64,000 bases of DNA from assembly GCA_938041695.1 (NCBI GenBank), contig CALISI010000031.1:3987-67986 (forward strand), in the 5' to 3' direction. Within the stretch, counting starts at the first letter, position 1. Each line of letters begins with the position of its first letter. Below the pieces are notes generated by a model, which saw nothing but the letters and a program-made list of their open reading frames with translations, searched no databases and had not been told where the DNA came from. This document shows positions 60,710-64,000 of this stretch, piece after piece. The stretch comes from an uncultured Actinomyces sp. (GTDB lineage Bacteria > Actinomycetota > Actinomycetes > Actinomycetales > Actinomycetaceae). The position numbers and the translations under genes are program-made.

Positions 60710-62692
60710 TCAGAAGAGTTCGGGTGGGTTCACGCTCATTTTGACGAGTGGTACCTTGCGTGCGCTGCGAGAACGCCGAATATCAGCAAGAACCGCAAGC
60801 ATCGCCGGAGCGCCCGCCAACGGGGTTCGCACCAGTGTACGCACCTCGTTCTCCTCGCCTTCGCGAGTCGCCGGGCGCACGACCGTACCCACCAGCTCCG
60901 CGCCGCCCTCACGAATGACCTGCTCGGCAACTTGGCGTACCTGAGCCGAAGGACCGTCCAGAGCGACCATCGTCGTGGCCGGGAAGAAGCCAAGTGCCTC
61001 GCGTTCGTCCAGGAGACGATCGGCGTAGTCAGTGGGAGCCCAGCGCACAAGCGTCTGACCCAACGCGTCCGGAATCGTCCCCACGACGAGGCCGGGGTGA
61101 CCTGGGCGGACGAGCGACAGTGCGTTGAGCCAGCGCCTGGCGGCTTCCTCCGGTGCCCACAGCTCGGCACGACCGGCGAGGGCGTGGGCATCAAGGATGA
61201 TGGCTCCGGCGTATCCTCCATCAACGTCCGGCTCAGCACCCGGTGTGGCCACAACGACCGTCGGGCGCGCCGGCAGCTGGCGGTTGATCCGATGTGCAGC
61301 TGAGGATTCGAGCACGGATGCATCCGGAAGGTTGCGAGCGATCTCCTCCGCTGTGCGTGTGGAACCGACGCGGGCTGCCCGTAGGTCAGTACCCGAACAG
61401 TGGGGGCAACGCCACGAGACGGAGGTGCGCGCACACCACGAACACGTCATCTCTCCCCCGCTGCCCAGCGCGAGCGGGCCGGAGCAATGGCGGCAGCGTG
61501 CGTGCTCGCCGCAGCGGCGGCACACGACCGTCGGCCAATAGCCGGAAGCACCGACCTGAATAAGAACAGCACCTTCGCGCAGGCCCTGGCGGATCATACG
61601 CAGAGCCGCCTGCGGGATGCGCATATGGCCGCTGGCCCCCTCGCGTTCGGCCTCCGTGACCCCATGCAGATGGACGCGCGGCGTTGCGTCGCGCAACGCA
61701 CCCGGGAACGGATCGAGGCTCGCCGCCCAGCCGGAACGAACGAGAGCTTGAGCCTTGACGGAACGCGCGTACGAGGCGACGAGAAGTCCCGCGCCCTCCA
61801 CGGCGCATCGCTGAACAGCGACATCAAGACTGTCACACCGTGGGAAACGCCGCTCACGGTGTCGATCATCCCCGTCGTCGCAGATGATGATGAGGCCGAG
61901 CGACGCGCATGGGACCCACACTGCAGAGCGCGTGCCGACAACGATCGGAACACGACCAAGTGTTGCGGCTGCGTGGATACGGTACCGCTCTTCGGGCGCC
62001 GCCTCACTGCCCGTCACCACGACGGGGACGCCGAGATCCTCCTCGAGAGAGCGCGCATATCGCGTCGCGTCCTCGCCGGTGGGCGTAACGACGATGACGC
62101 TGCGACCTGATGCGACTGTCGCCGCAACGGCATCCGACAGACAGCGGCGCATGAGGGGGCGCAGAGCGGTCACGACCGCGCGAGGGGATTCGCCGGACGA
62201 GAGTCTGCTCAGCAGTGCCTCACCAGCCGAGTATGCTCCCCACCCCGCTGATGCTGACGGAGCCTCCAGACGCGGCCACGGCAGGGGTGCCTGCTCCAAC
62301 ACGCGCGTTTCACCCCGTGCGTGCCGGGGAGGAATAGCGAGAGAAAGGACCTGCGATGTTGTCGCAAGAAAACGCCCGGCAATGCGCCGAGCAGTCTCAT
62401 AGAGCGCGGGAGTCAACACCGGAATCGACGAGGAGACCGACTCAATATGAGCGGCATCGTCGAGTACATCACGGCGTGTACGCTCAATGATCCATCCATC
62501 GACGCGCGCGCCGGAGAAGCGCACGCGAACCAGATTCCCAACCGTGGCCTGGTCGATCAGCTTGTCTGGAACAACGTAGTCGAGGGGCCGATCAATATGC
62601 GCAAGGTCGACGTCAACGAGCACGCGGGCGATCTCCACGCTGCGAGAGCGCGGCGGATCGAAACCGTCAAGCATGCCCTGTTGGGAAGTCAT
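60710..62692 (-). CDS. priA: primosomal protein N' (PriA homolog) lacking canonical helicase ATPase motifs
   Basis: The N-terminal 3'-DNA-binding-like domain is VLVDVDLAHIDRPLDYVVP. The Cys-rich zinc region is CRRCGEHARCRHCSGPL...CSWC...CPHCSG. It sits next to fmt and metK, the conserved position. No GxGK[ST] is present, and DDGDD sits where DEEH is expected. Confidence 0.82.
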   Translation of the reverse strand: MTSQQGMLDGFDPPRSRSVEIARVLVDVDLAHIDRPLDYVVPDKLIDQATVGNLVRVRFSGARVDGWIIERTRRDVLDDAAHIESVSSSIPVLTPALYETARRIAGRFLATTSQVLSLAIPPRHARGETRVLEQAPLPWPRLEAPSASAGWGAYSAGEALLSRLSSGESPRAVVTALRPLMRRCLSDAVAATVASGRSVIVVTPTGEDATRYARSLEEDLGVPVVVTGSEAAPEERYRIHAAATLGRVPIVVGTRSAVWVPCASLGLIIICDDGDDRHRERRFPRCDSLDVAVQRCAVEGAGLLVASYARSVKAQALVRSGWAASLDPFPGALRDATPRVHLHGVTEAEREGASGHMRIPQAALRMIRQGLREGAVLIQVGASGYWPTVVCRRCGEHARCRHCSGPLALGSGGEMTCSWCARTSVSWRCPHCSGTDLRAARVGSTRTAEEIARNLPDASVLESSAAHRINRQLPARPTVVVATPGAEPDVDGGYAGAIILDAHALAGRAELWAPEEAARRWLNALSLVRPGHPGLVVGTIPDALGQTLVRWAPTDYADRLLDEREALGFFPATTMVALDGPSAQVRQVAEQVIREGGAELVGTVVRPATREGEENEVRTLVRTPLAGAPAMLAVLADIRRSRSARKVPLVKMSVNPPELF

Positions 62693-62734
62693 GATCCTAG
62701 TGAATCACGGCCCGCACTCATCTGCGTCCCGCAC

Positions 62735-63370
62735 TCAGCCGAGAAGCTTCAGGCCGTACTTCGCGACCACCATGGCGAGGACACCGAACACGATGAGTCC
62801 CCAGAGAGCCCAGTCGAGTCCCTGGGCGACGGCGCGCCGCAGCCCCTCGGGCGTTGGGATGACGCCGTCACGGATATTGATACGGGTAATGCCGCCGAAC
62901 ACGAGCGTCGTCGTCAGGGTGATGAGCAGACACCACGGGCACAGCACCTGAATGATGAAATACGACTGCCCGAAGAGCCAGAACGCGAAGAACAACGCGA
63001 TCGTATACAGCAGGTTCGTGCCCAACATGTACCAACGCGGAAACTTCACGCCGGAAAAAATCGCTACCGAAATAGCGAGAACAACGGCCTCGAAAAAGAT
63101 GCCAAGGAAGGCGTTCGGGAAGCCGAGGATGCGAGCCTGCCACGTCTGAGCAACCGTCGAACACGACAGGACGGACGAAATATCACAACCGAAGCGCGTC
63201 GATGAGTCGGCGGCAAGCTGCCACGCCTCGATCGACAGCACGAAAGACGTAACGAGGCCGATGCAACCGGAGATGATCATCTCCAGGCTTGTGCGCCGAC
63301 GCCATGCGCGGCGAGCGTCCTCGGTCTCGTACGAGGGGAGGTAGTCCTCGACTTCCCGTGCCTCGCTCAT
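62735..63370 (-). CDS. vitamin K epoxide reductase (VKOR) family protein
   Basis: It is polytopic, with a loop Cys pair (CDISSVLSC) and a CPWC redox motif in a TM helix. The ATG at 63370 overlaps the metK stop as ATGA. Confidence 0.75.
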   Translation of the reverse strand: MSEAREVEDYLPSYETEDARRAWRRRTSLEMIISGCIGLVTSFVLSIEAWQLAADSSTRFGCDISSVLSCSTVAQTWQARILGFPNAFLGIFFEAVVLAISVAIFSGVKFPRWYMLGTNLLYTIALFFAFWLFGQSYFIIQVLCPWCLLITLTTTLVFGGITRINIRDGVIPTPEGLRRAVAQGLDWALWGLIVFGVLAMVVAKYGLKLLG

Positions 63371-64000
63371 GCGAGCGCGGCCTTGAGCTGCTCGACGCGG
63401 TTGGTGGCCTCCCACGGGAACTGGCCGCGACCAAAGTGACCGTAGGCAGCAGTCTCGCGGTAGATCGGACGCAGCAGATCGAGGTCCTCAATCATGCCGA
63501 GGGGACGCAGGTCGAAGACCTCGCGGATTGCATCCGCGATGCGTTCCTCGGGCACCGAAGCGGTCCCAAAGGTATCGACGTACAGGCCAATTGGGCGGGC
63601 GCGCCCGATCGCGTATGCCAGCTGAATCTCGCAACGCTGGGCGATATCTGCGGCCACGACGTTCTTGGCGACCCATCGGGCGGCGTAGGTCGCGGAACGA
63701 TCAACCTTTGACGGGTCCTTGCCGGAGAAGGCACCGCCTCCATGGCGGGCCATGCCACCGTAGGTGTCGACGATGATCTTGCGTCCGGTGAGGCCGGCAT
63801 CTGCGGCCGGGCCACCCAGGACAAAGCGTCCGGACGGGTTGATGAGAGCATTCATCGCACCGGTAGCCAGGCTGAGGTTGGATTCCTCGATCACAGGAGT
63901 AATGACGTGGTCTCGCACCGCGTCGGCGATCGCCGACTGCGAGAGCGCTTCGTCGTGTTGGGTTGACACAACGATCGTATCGATGCCTACCGGGCGGCCG
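63367..64000 (-). CDS. metK: S-adenosylmethionine synthetase (3' portion; 5' end beyond the window)
   Basis: [21 protein letters not shown]...[17 protein letters not shown]...AYAIG...[10 protein letters not shown]. The frame stays open to the window edge. Confidence 0.95.
   Translation of the reverse strand, partial: GRPVGIDTIVVSTQHDEALSQSAIADAVRDHVITPVIEESNLSLATGAMNALINPSGRFVLGGPAADAGLTGRKIIVDTYGGMARHGGGAFSGKDPSKVDRSATYAARWVAKNVVAADIAQRCEIQLAYAIGRARPIGLYVDTFGTASVPEERIADAIREVFDLRPLGMIEDLDLLRPIYRETAAYGHFGRGQFPWEATNRVEQLKAALA

Overview
This is a high-GC Actinomycetota chromosomal segment, almost entirely core housekeeping genes and densely packed. Many adjacent genes share 1-8 nt start/stop overlaps (ATGA/GTGA).

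Gene order:
- uvrA, two tandem acyl-CoA ligases, glnA
- uvrC-purT-rapZ-yvcK-whiA-gap-pgk-tpiA-secG
- pgl-opcA-zwf and tkt on the minus strand, with no transaldolase
- xerD-parA-scpA-scpB-rluB-tyrA-cmk
- a lower-GC islet around tRNA-Pro(GGG)
- tag, der, murE, pepN
- the DUF881-sbp-DUF881-garA-MerR-MerR cluster
- an Hsp70-like/PAP2 pair, then rbpA
- a long minus-strand run: ppm1, lnt, helY, pafC, pafB, an ABC lipoprotein and permease, rpe, rsmB, fmt, priA, a VKOR-family gene, metK

Several genes that usually sit in these clusters are absent from the window: gcvH, tatAC, pafA, tal and the rib biosynthesis genes. That fits a reduced, host-associated actinomycete such as Actinomycetaceae, but this is inference only.

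I found no CRISPR array, transposase, integrase (other than xerD), toxin-antitoxin pair or recognisable defence system, and no convincing new multi-gene system.

The most notable observations are:
1. A clear FMN (RFN) riboswitch controls an ATPase-less ThiXY-like ABC permease/lipoprotein pair, in the position where rib biosynthesis genes normally follow rpe.
2. A dif-like 28-bp XerC/D site candidate sits at a gene-orientation switch.
3. A lower-GC islet around tRNA-Pro contains two paralogous membrane proteins with Gly/Tyr-rich tails, a frameshifted DUF421 gene and about 450 nt of non-coding DNA.
4. Two DnaA-box-like direct repeats lie between der and tag.
5. The PriA homolog lacks the Walker A and DExH motifs.

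All calls come from reading the translations and the DNA by eye. No database search or covariance model was run. Several starts were moved from the ORF-track coordinates to internal starts with a Shine-Dalgarno sequence.
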